DNA of 64,000 bases from NCBI GenBank assembly GCA_964252035.1, contig OZ176211.1; one strand, given 5' to 3'. The notes under the pieces were generated by a model, which searched no databases, was not told where the DNA came from, and was given only the letters and a program-made list of their open reading frames with translations. A program made the position numbers and the translations under genes. Position 1 is the first letter of the stretch. Each line of letters opens with the position of its first letter. Below are positions 11,688-21,820 of the stretch, in pieces. This stretch comes from Podarcis erhardii. Lineage: Eukaryota.

Positions 11688-12479
11688 CCAGAAAAACTAA
11701 TTTCAGGGAGCAGAGAAGTGTTAAAAACCATTGTTTCTGGAATAAGAATTTAATTTATACTATATACCCTTCAGAATCATCACTGAATATAATCAGCTTG
11801 GAGATAAACCTGTTGGATAAAACTGAAACATACAAGACGGAGCAAAATGGGTGAGTTGTTTTACACATGTTTCCCTACACTGTCTGAGATTTACACATCT
11901 TATCATTATTTCACAGTATCTCACATTTCTGTCTAAACATAAACTACTGCTCAGCCATGCCCGTTTAATTTTCCAGGCCACAGAAGATACTTTAAAAAAG
12001 TATCTGGTAGTATATGTTTTGGGGGGATGGAATGTATATACTTTAAGGAGAAACTGTTTCTCCTTAGGTTAATAATTTTAAGTTATCTTGAACCTGACTC
12101 AATATGCAATCACTCTGTCAGCCATTTGTCTTCCTCTTCTTACACAACTGCAAAGCAGAAGCAGCTTAGATCTGAAAGTCAGTTCAAAGAGCTAATGAAA
12201 ATGTGAACACTTGATGCCCCATGCTGAAAACTGATTCATGAAGAACTGAGCACAGTAAAATATATGGCTCACTCTCAGCTAGCATGTCCTACTCAAATGT
12301 AAGGTTTTTACCTCCCATAATATTGAAGTTAATAGCTTATTGAAATGCAGGCCACATTTCTTTAAAAGGACTTATGTGTAAACCTTCCAAGATTAAAAGA
12401 GCCACACAGTCTATGAATTCTAGGTAAACTTCTTGGAAGGGGACAGGGCATGGAGAAGAAGCTACAGCTCATAGCTTGA

Positions 12480-13120
12480 GCCCTTTATTATTATGAAAAT
12501 GCAAACATACAATGGGGGGGTGGGAATCATCATGACATGAAAATTATCATTAAATCAATCTATGTGGCAATATAATTGAAATTTCTAGTAGCAACAATGC
12601 AGGCCAGATTTATATTAAAGAAAGCAATATATACAGATGAATATAATCTTGGTATTTCATATTCCAGTAATGTATAAACAAACTCTGCTTTTCAATAAAC
12701 CGGTCTGGTTAGTGTCCATTTTTAAATCTCTTATAATGCCACAGTCCAAACTCACTGATAGTTGTCAAAGATTTCCAAGATGGCTGCAGTAAGTAAACTG
12801 GCTGTTAACCAGGTGCCCCTTCAAATCTTAGAAGACATACATTAACTTTTTGTCATTAAAACAGATGTTGTCGGCATTTGATGAATGATAGGTAAAAAAT
12901 CATACTAGTTAGAAGGAACTGGTGCATTGTGGCATGTGCAGTACATTTCTAAGCATGATTGCACAAGAATAAGGTACACTGTTTTAATTAGCATCTTATG
13001 CAGATTGTGGAGGGTGGGTAAAAACATTCCCAAATATTAGATGAATCCTTGGGGCAGACAAATTCTAAGAATTTGCTGGGGGGGTGTCTATTTAAATTTG
13101 GCCAAGGGTCTTTCCTTATT
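12480..13120 (-). mobile_element. Old L1 3' fragment (ORF2 C-terminus and 3' UTR)
   Basis: Frameshifted remnants CIRC... and LLTAA.LEI resemble the L1 ORF2 C-terminal cysteine-rich region, as in the better copy at 24708-25320. Confidence 0.5.
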
Positions 13121-13122
13121 TC

Positions 13123-13156
13123 TTTTGTTTGTTTGTTTGTTTGTTTGTTTGTTTGT

Positions 13157-13189
<33 letters not shown>
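13123..13189. repeat. Compound tetranucleotide microsatellite (TTTG)n(CTTG)n
   Basis: Directly visible. Confidence 0.95.
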
Positions 13190-13191
<2 letters not shown>

Positions 13192-14013
13192 AATACTAAA
13201 AAGCACTTGGCATTCCTGGAACACAGCATTCTTAGGAGTGAAAGATGGTCTCACCCATCTTAGATTTAAGGTTAGGCCTCAACCCTGAACATTCAGAAAG
13301 TTAGATCACCATTCCTTTAATGTTGCCATATACCCCCAATCTACTTTCATGGAGGACATGATCTTGCAAAATGATCTTGCAAAAGTGAGGAGAGATATTC
13401 AGCCAAGTTTAGACCCTTATTTTAGAATGCTTTAACTGCTAAGCCTATTTCAGCTTTTATGCTGTTATTTTATTCATTGTAGTAGGTTTGTTTTGTTTTA
13501 ATTGTTGCAGCCTGTCCTGAATGATACAAAAGCAGTAGAAGGGCAGGTGGGGCATTGGTTTTCTAAACGATACTTAAATAAAATGGGGACAATAACCCTG
13601 CAAATATAAATATGTACATAGAACAGTAATCAAGAGAAATATAAAATCACAAAATACCCAACCTTATCACAATCCCACCCCACCCCAACCCGCACAACCC
13701 CCCCCCCCCACTGTCTTCCACTGTCTTCTTCCTTGGAGCAAATGTTCCATGATACTAAGGTCTTACTAAAGGCTTACCAAGTTAATAAATCATCACATTC
13801 TGGGTCTATGATCTCTTACCATTTTCAAAATATGAACTTGATTTCCACAGCAATGTTTTACACAACTTGTTTTAAAGCTGATCTGAGGTAGGAACTAATT
13901 GCATCCAACTAATACTGGATTCTAGGACAACACTGAGAAACTGTTGATTTGTATTGTAATCTATTTAACATCATAAAAAGGAAATGCACTGAAGGCTAGT
14001 GACATCTACTTAC

Positions 14014-14176
14014 ATTGTTCTGCATCACTACAATCCTTGCAGTGGTAGGTGAAATCACACAACTCCACTGATGGAACCACAGAGCCATCACAACATTGAA
14101 AAAGGTCTCCTTTAGAAGGCCAAAATGCTGCCAGATTGATACACAGCAAGGCACAAAAGTTGCTGGCTGTGTACAT
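14014..14176 (-). CDS. MALRD1: MALRD1 first coding exon: signal peptide and LDLa-like module
   Basis: ATG at 14176-14174; hydrophobic leader FCALLCINLAAFW; FQCCDGSVVPSVELCDFTYHCKDCSDAEQ; donor T|gtaagt (14013-14008), phase 1. Confidence 0.9.
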
Positions 14177-14478
14177 TGAAAATGTTTCTGTAGATACCTT
14201 GTCCTTGATGGAATTATTGCAGCAATTACCCTGCAAAATGTGTATACAAAAATGCCATTTCAAAATACAAATGCATTTAAAAACTGATTCAAACTTTGCA
14301 GGTCTAGAAGAAGTTTTCCTTCTAGTACGGCATGGCTTATGTAATGTGTTCAGTTTTCATATTCATACAGGTATAAACTTGGAAAATATTTAACCGGATT
14401 GCTCCACATTTTATGACAAGCTGAAGTAGTTTGTGGCTTTACAGTGCAACTCAGTTGCCTGGTGCTACAAAGAACATC

Positions 14479-14708
14479 AGATAAATTGAATTAACAGTGG
14501 CACACAGTATGCAAGACAGTACTAAAGGCCATTTCTCCTTATTAATAAAATCAAATGGCAGCAGCGATAAACTGATTAAAAAGTATGACACACACATTTT
14601 TAAATTCAGTTATCAGGGTTTTTAGTAACCTCTCAAAATTAATCAAATTTCTTACAATATCATAATTCCTTGGACCCAGGATTGGCATATTGGATTAGCC
14701 AAAGTCCA
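14479..14708. promoter_or_regulatory. Candidate enterocyte promoter/enhancer motif cluster upstream of MALRD1
   Basis: Exact HNF4-specific motif CAAAGTCCA (14700-14708); GATA cores AGATAA (14479), GATAA (~14566), TTATCA (14610); CDX-like AATAAAA (14544). All lie 300-530 bp upstream of the ATG. Short motifs in AT-rich DNA, so chance is possible. Confidence 0.4.
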
Positions 14709-15927
14709 CATTCTTGCAGGGTAGGGGCATTGCTGGCTCCTGGGATCTCCCAACTTTTCTGCTCTTCCTCCTGGCTGTTCACCTGCTTCAAGGAGGAACA
14801 TGTCACAATTCACCAGAAAACAGACATCAGCCCTGATGGGAGACTCTCTGATGACAGAAAGAAGGGAAGCAAGGTACTGTGGTAGCCCCCAGTGCTTATG
14901 GGGAGGGGCACGGGCAGGAAAGAGAGTTCTGCACTTTCTATCTCACTTCATTAAAATTAATAAACCTGCCTTGCTTGGGAGGGGGTCAAATTCTTGTCAG
15001 ATTAGTCCTAATGTTGAAGTTACCCAGTCTCTTTGCCCAAGCAAGACATTTTACAAAAAATGCGGCTGCTGTGATGTACATTCCTTTTCTGCAAACATCA
15101 TTCCTGGGTGGTACATCACTATGAAAGCAGGACCTAGATAGGGAAACACCAATCAAGAACTCCCTGGAGGGCAAGATCAGCCAGCAACATGACTCCTCTG
15201 GACAGGTAAATTGCTGCAATGAGGATTTGCATTGATAATGTGGAAACTCTTGCCTTGAGAACATAAATGCAGTCATAAAATTCTGGATAGTGCCTGAAGG
15301 TAGGCAGTTAGACCAATGGAAATCCATACAATTGCAAGGATAGAAATGTAGTCCCAGCAGCAGAGATACATCATTATACAAAAGTTTGAAAATTGCCCAA
15401 AGGGCAGGTTCCACATGATACTCTGCTCTGCTGCAAGCCTGGGATGTCAATATCCCTCTGTAATTACATATCATATGTTACCTCTTAACATCCTACCTTC
15501 CGGCAGCAGCATGAGACTGTAGAATGTATTTTTGTAAGCACTTGGGTAATTCAATATTAGAGATTGAATAATATTAGTGTAATTTAATATTCACATATGG
15601 CACCCTTATGCATGAACCTTTAATAGCTAAATCCTCATAAAATATGAACATTCAAGTAAGCCTCCAGGATTAAAATTCCACCTCACTCTGTCTTTCTGCT
15701 TCTCTGCTCTGTGGTTCTTAGAAAAAGAACAAAAAAAAAACTTGACATAAACTCCTTTCCCCTATGCATTAGCTTCACACCTGACACCCACTGTAAAAAA
15801 AGACATTAAAAGTATTTCAAGCTTTTTTAAAATACAGTTTCAAATCCCAGGTGCTTTTTGTGAACTATTCTCACAAAAGGATTTCTAGACAGGGAATTAT
15901 GTCAATGATTAACTTCTGACATTATAT

Positions 15928-16063
15928 CAGGGATAGGAACCTGTGGCTTTCCAGATGTTGGTGGACTCCAGTTCCTATCATCCCTGACCCTTTGTCATGC
16001 TGGCTGAGGATAATGGGAGCTGGAGTCCAATAATATCAGGAAGGTCACAGGTTCCCCACCCTG
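15928..16063. mobile_element. hAT-like hairpin MITE (~135 bp family)
   Basis: cagggataggaacctgtgg ... cacaggttccccaccctg with the internal gactacaactcccatcatccctg/gatgggagttgtagtcc family palindrome. Confidence 0.8.
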
Positions 16064-16289
16064 GAATATACACTTTGAAATTTATCTATTCTGACCAAAG
16101 AGAACAGCGACCCAAACTTTTGCATATTTTGGCTGTAATTCTCACATACCTGGGAATAAGTCCCACTTAGCACCATGGGACTTACTTCTGTGCAGACATG
16201 TACAGAATTGCACTGCTATTCTCAAGTTATTCACAAGTAAGTGTCCACAAGAAGGGATGAGACCATTTAAAAAACAAAAAACAAACCTA

Positions 16290-16452
16290 GAGGTGCCACA
16301 TCGTAGTGGTAAGCACATGTTATGCATGCAGAAGATCAGCCCTTGGCATCTTCAGTTATAAAAAGGATCAGGTTGGGTATGGCACAGATCTTCACCTGAG
16401 ACCTTGGAGACCCACTGCCAGTTAAAGCAGCCAATACTGGGCTAGATGCAAT
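16290..16452 (+). mobile_element. Squam2-type SINE, degenerate
   Basis: gtagtggtaagcacatgttatgcatgcagaagatc ... gagacccactgccagtt...caatactgggctagatg. Confidence 0.65.
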
Positions 16453-16533
16453 ACTACTGGTGCTGCAGTCCAAATCATTATTTCAAACAAAAGCATAGAC
16501 TGAGCTTTTTGCAAGGGTCTGCTCGGGTGCGCT

Positions 16534-16849
16534 ACAGAGCCTAGGACTTGCCGATCAGAAGGTTGGCGGTTTGAATCCCCGCAACGGGGTGAGCTCCCGT
16601 TACTCGGTCCCTGCTCCTGCCAACCTAGCAGTTTGAAAGCACGCCAAAGTGCAAGTGGATAAATAGGTACTGCTCCGGTGGGAAGGTAAACGGCGTTTCT
16701 GTGTGCTGCTCTGGTTCGCCAGAAGCGGCTTAATCATGCTGGCCACATGACCCGGAAGCTGTACGCCGGCTCCCTCGGCCAATAAAGCGAGATGAGTCGC
16801 CAGAGTCGGCCACGACTGGACCTAATGGTCAGGGGTCCCTTTACCTTTA
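16534..16849 (+). mobile_element. Sauria (Squam1) SINE lacking the first ~30 bp
   Basis: Aligns with the 11322 copy from acagagcctaggacttgccgatcag to ggtcaggggtccctttaccttta. Confidence 0.9.
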
Positions 16850-17789
16850 TTCGCGAGTATGAAAGAAGACTTTGCCAACACTTTTAAATTAAAATGTTAT
16901 AAAAACAACAATATAAATCAATCAACCATCAGGAAAGTGGGGGAGGAAAACCAGATGAGGCAAATCAGATAGCAAAGCGGCCCAACATGCATGGAAATCA
17001 GCTGTGTGCCACATGTGAACCACCCTGAGATCTTTGGACGAAGGGCAGTATATAAATTTAATTAACAACAACAACTGGCCCGTGGGCCATAGGCTCCCCA
17101 TATGTGATCTAGATATGATTAGGGAATGGAATAAGGAAAAGTTTAAAATCAATAATGCTAGTTTTATCTGACAAAATGTATATGCTTCTGGCAGTATTGT
17201 TTGTCTCATGCCTAGTGAGGTAGCAGTCATCTTACCCAAGGAGAAAAGTTGTGCTTGTAAGGACTGCAATTGTATTAAATTTAATAGGTCCTGAATGCCA
17301 AAACATAATGCTCTAGCCTGTGTGCAGCACCTATGCTGTGCTAAGGAATCTGGAAGTGCCCGGCAACACTGTACATATTTCCTTTAATATATAATCCCAT
17401 TTGACACTCCACTCAATTTTCCAAATTTATAAACATCATGAACTGTAGAACATGCATTTGTCTAAGTGTATTTACAGAAAAACTGTTTCATTGCATAACA
17501 AGTGGAGGGGGGTGGAAGCACCCAAAGCAAATCCTATTTTCAAAAAATTCCAAAACAGTTTGCACTCACAAGTATAGAACTGTGCAACTTGAGAAGGAGG
17601 AGAAGGTGGCACTACAAATGAATTATATGCATATAGTAATGTGATTTCTTAAGACTGGGGTGCTAACCTGAAAAACATTAACAGTCATGATACAGCAGGG
17701 GCTGTGGACCAACTTAATGAGTGCCCTGACAACAAACTTATTTATACTTCCCAGCAAAAGAACAGCTAGAGCTAGCTTCCAAATCTGTC

Positions 17790-17829
<40 letters not shown>

Positions 17830-17877
17830 TCAGGAGGCAAGTATGGCTTTCAGCTTGTGTGAACATATGAACCTCTC

Positions 17878-18050
17878 TTATAGTTAGTCAGACTATTGGT
17901 CCATTTAGTCCCAGTACAGTGCACTTGGACTAGCTCTTCAAGTCATGGGAAGGAACTAGATCTATTACTCGAGATCCTTTTAGCTGAAGAATGCAGGGAG
18001 TCTTGTATATGCAGTGCAGGTGCACTACTACTGATGTATAGCCTCTTCCC
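17878..18050 (-). mobile_element. Squam2-type SINE, degenerate
   Basis: Reverse complement gives gaagaggctatacatcagtagtagtgcacctgcactgcat...actgggactaaatggaccaatagtctgact. Confidence 0.55.
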
Positions 18051-18344
18051 ACCAATTGCCTCTACTAAATTACTGCCCCCTGATGAGCTGAATCGATATT
18101 CTACACACCAATGCTTTTCAAATTGTTTACTAGGAACCCTGCAGTTCCTTGGCTTATCAGGGATTCCTCAGTGGAAAAGTCAGCAATTCCCAGAAAAATG
18201 ACTTGCTCACTGCTACCATTGTTTGTCCTTCCCTCCAATGTGCAGTCATAGGAGAACGGTAATGAACTCTCAGTTTGCACAAAGTGAGACCAAAGAGACT
18301 ATGTGAGAGCGCTGACATGCGGGTGCCTCTCTCATTATTTAATC

Positions 18345-18671
18345 ATCATCATCATCAACAACAATAACAATAATAGTTACTTATTACTTATACCCCGCCC
18401 ATCTGACTAGGTTGCCCCAGCCACTCTGCGTGGCTTCCAGCATAATGAAAGCACAGCAAAATCTAAAACATTAAAAACTTCCCAAAACAGGGCTTCCTTC
18501 AGTTGTCTTTGTAAAGTTGTGTAGTTGTTTTATCTGTTTGACGTCTGATGGGAGGGGGTTCCAAAGGGCAGGCGCCACTACTGAGAAGACCACTTCTTGA
18601 AGTGAGGGAACCACCTTGGCAACCTCTCTCTGCCCAGGCCCAGTGATTCCTCTTAGATGGACCATCAACAC
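18345..18671 (-). mobile_element. L2 LINE 3' fragment
   Basis: Translates to FSVVAPALWNPLPSDVKQI (L2 ORF2 C-terminal motif), followed by 3' UTR ggctggggcaacctagtcagatgggcggggtataag and an (ATT/GTT)n tail. Confidence 0.85.
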
Positions 18672-20089
18672 CTTTTGTCTTGTTAATGACTTTTCTCTTC
18701 AGTAGCCCGGCCAGGCTGGTTTGCATAAGCCAGTCCAGGGATTCCTTGTCTGGTTCTGCAGCTTGTATTTCTCTCTTCATATCCCAAATAATCAAAAAAG
18801 TACCATTTATTAATTTTGGGGGTTTAGGAGGGTTCCAATCCCCAACCCATAGTATTTTCACCACCTTTCTGAAACTTCACTGCTGAGCTTGCCTACCAGT
18901 AAGGATGCCTCGACCCAGGAAGCATGTCATATTGTCATAGTGAGCCTGCAAAGAACAAGGGTACAGTACCCTTGGAAGGCTGCAATTCAGCTGGGTCCTA
19001 AGAAAACATGTGGGAGTTGTAGCCATGCAGTAGGGGTGATGATGTCAGTACATTAATCTTCCCATCAGGTTTCTCATTTTGGAATAAAATTGTTCCTTTA
19101 TAAATGTTTGCAATAGCATGAATACAGTTTTCAAATGCATTATTCATTTACCGTCAAGTTTTTAAGTATCCCACCAAGAAAATATTAAGGTTTAAATTTT
19201 TAAACTGCAATTCCGAAATACGGTTGTTTTGCAATGCAACTTATGATATATATCCTTCAGTGCTGTTATTGACTGGAGTGATGAAATGAAATGCCAAATC
19301 CTATCCAGATACACCAATAAAGGGCTGTAAACTTTCATTTTAACTACCCCCCACCCATAAAAATAGTTTGCAAATCACTTTCTGTATTAGAACTCCTTAA
19401 AGTATTACGAGATTTGGGCCATGAAAACAGCTTTAATTGCTTGTATCCATGTGAAAACAAGGCAATTAAAGTCTATTATGTAAATACGATACTGTTTTAA
19501 AATGCTGATGACAAAATCACAATTAAGTAGGATGGGGAATTAGAGCATCTTGTTTTGATTACACAAGCCATGAGCTTTAATTTTGACACTGACAGGCATA
19601 TAATGTAAACATTATATTTTAGTTTTCACTGATCAGCTACCTAGATCCATTGTAGTCACTGAGGGTAGCTTTAATCTAACCACACAGTTCTGCTTGCTGA
19701 TCTAATGGCGGCGATTACCTCTCCATGAAATTCATATACAACATCACAATCACTTTATTCATAGGAGGTTCATATTGGTATAATGATGCTCCACTGTGGC
19801 ACTGTAGATACATGGAATGGCATTAATGACTGATGACTGTCCATTTCCAAATGAGATCAAAGTAATGGAGCTGAACACTAGCTCTACTCATACAGTTGTT
19901 CTCGCCTCCATAAGCAATTATGATTGTGCAAGCAGGAAAGAAGGGATGAATCTATCGACCTTAGTCCATCCCTGTCACTATTCCTGCAGCTCACTATATG
20001 CTGGAGGCTGAACTTCTGCAGCAGGGAGATTTCCAGGGGAGCCGTGATCTCTAAGCTCTATGTGGGTTCTACACTACCTCCACTGGTCT

Positions 20090-20258
20090 AGACTCTACTG
20101 GCCTCTGAATACCAGTTGCCAGGAATCACATGTGTGCTGTTGCACTGAAGTCCTGCTTTCAGGCTTCCCATGGGCATCTGGATGGCTACTGTGAGATCAG
20201 GATGCTGGACTAGACAGGCCATTGACCTGATCCAGCAGGCTTTTCCTATGTTCTTAAG
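20090..20258 (+). mobile_element. CR1 LINE 3' tail
   Basis: gatgctggactagacaggccattgacctgatccagcaggcttttcctatgttcttaag matches the recalled squamate CR1 terminus. Confidence 0.7.
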
Positions 20259-21153
20259 TTCTCAAGAAGAAAAGACTTCCCATTACAAAACTGAGGAGCT
20301 GCAGGAATGGCAATAGATGTGGGATGTTAGCATCCAAAATGCGTATGTAAAGAGTTGTAGAACTCTGAGATGCTATAAGCCTGAAGCAGTAATGGCTTTT
20401 GGTACTGCCGTGACAGCTAGTAGTACATACAGTTGTGTTTTTTAAAAAACTAATATTTATTACTTTTAAAGCTTACAAAAAAGAAAGAAAAGAAAAAAGA
20501 CAGGAGAAAGAAAACAAGAAAGAGAAAAAACAATACAATGCAATACAATATATAAACAATACAAAACACAACCTTAACACATTAAACTAAACACAATAAA
20601 TAAAACAAAACAAAACAAAAACAATTTAAAAGCATACATCATACCTTTTCCATACTCTGTCTTTCATTCCCTTGTTTCATCGACCTCCTCTCACCTCCCT
20701 TTTTGTATTCCACTTCTATTAATTGTTTCACCAATTCCTTTCCATCTTTCTCTATTTTCTGTCATATAAATGTCTTAACATATTTTTAATCTTATTTCCA
20801 TTAAAACTAATATACATATTTAAGCTTAACTCCTTATAACATTTCCACTAAGGCCATAAAATTTCATTCCAACATTTTTCTATCACTCATTAATTTTACA
20901 GTATTTCTATATACAGACTTTAAATTTTCCAATCCTCTTCCACCATCTCCTCTCCCCGGTCTCGGACTCTGCCAGTCAATTCCGTCAACTCCATACAGTC
21001 CATCAACCTGGAGATCTTATGTCCGAGGCTCTTAACTCTTTTCCAAGTCCCTTCTGCAGGTCTTCTTCATATTATTTGATACTATAGAGCAGATCTCAGG
21101 GAAACTCCGGCCTAACAATATTTTTATTCCTTCTCGACAGGTCAGCCAGATTT

Positions 21154-21217
21154 CCATAGTTAAAGCTAAGATCCCATAGTTAGTTAAAGCTAAGATTCCA
21201 TAGTTAAAGCTAAGATT
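21154..21217. repeat. Three tandem copies of a 20-24-bp unit (ccatagttaaagctaagatt) inside element B
   Basis: Directly visible; lies between the ORF1-like and ORF2-like parts. Confidence 0.9.
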
Positions 21218-21292
21218 CATAAAGTGTTTCAAGATTCCTCCAAATCCAAAGGCCCCCAGAACTCCAGTCTCCTCCTGACCCAAGTCCATGTC

Positions 21293-21820
21293 CTAAAAGT
21301 CAGTTAATCCCTGCATGGAGGGATCTTTCCAGCTTTCCTTCTCCAGTCCAGGCCGGGCTCCGATCCTCAAAATCTGACTTTTTCTAGGTTCAATCATAAA
21401 AGGCCTCAACTTATAGTCCTCAATTTGCCTTTGTAAGGCTGAGGCTCCCACTTGTATTACTTTAGGTTCGACAACAACAACTTTCTCCTTCTCCACAATT
21501 TGTTCTGTAAATTCCTGTACCAAATCCTGAATAATTTCTGTATTGGTGCTCACTTTTTGTCCCAGATTAATCACTTTTTGTCCCAAGTTATCAATTTTAG
21601 TAGTCATAACATCAGTCTTCTTATGAAGCTGTTCCAACAAATAGCTTATCTTACAAAATGCATTCACTAAGGCTTCTCCTGTCGACATTCTTAAATGGTC
21701 CAAGGTCAATCCCTGATTCTCACAGTTCTTATCCTGCAGCTGGAGATTCCCCAGCTCCACTCTTGTAACAGTTTCCAAAGCTCCCTCTAGAGGGAAACAG
21801 TCTCCACTTGTATCAATCAT
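21293..21820 (-). CDS. Open 175-codon ORF inside element B; putative truncated L1 ORF1p (coiled coil only)
   Basis: ATG at 21820 (the ORF-track start is an upstream GTG); heptads ISYLLEQ-LHKKTDV-MTTKIDN-LGQKVIN-LGQKVST-NTEIIQD-LVQEFTE, then a weak RRM-entry-like segment RKSQILRIG, then stop. Expression not shown. Confidence 0.55.
   Translation of the reverse strand: MIDTSGDCFPLEGALETVTRVELGNLQLQDKNCENQGLTLDHLRMSTGEALVNAFCKISYLLEQLHKKTDVMTTKIDNLGQKVINLGQKVSTNTEIIQDLVQEFTEQIVEKEKVVVVEPKVIQVGASALQRQIEDYKLRPFMIEPRKSQILRIGARPGLEKESWKDPSMQGLTDF

Larger units (their letters stand above)
488..14176 (-). other. MALRD1: MALRD1 gene, 5' portion (coding exons 1-5); continues beyond the left edge of the window
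   Basis: Five exons splice in frame (163+138+95+162+97=655 nt) to MYTASNFCALLCINLAAFWPSKGDLFQCCDGSVVPSVELCDFTYHCKDCSDAEQC-SYYGKCDFESDLCNM...DHNGNNT-AHFLTL...LRSRVV...TCQ-ISFYYW...QWQRAVITI...VE-VSIKGQ...IAIDDVSVTEGCLLAF. The signal peptide + LDLa + MAM order and exon-by-exon similarity match the recalled human MALRD1 N-terminus. Confidence 0.88.

Noticed and set aside
18499-18864. 121-aa ORF containing WVGDWN, reminiscent of the APE endonuclease GDFN motif
   Set aside because: No other APE motifs; the ORF runs into an L2 fragment in a non-native frame.
21032-21289. 85-aa second ORF in element B
   Set aside because: It crosses the 20-bp tandem repeat (NYGILALT twice) and is out of frame with the ORF2 remnant; no recognisable domain.
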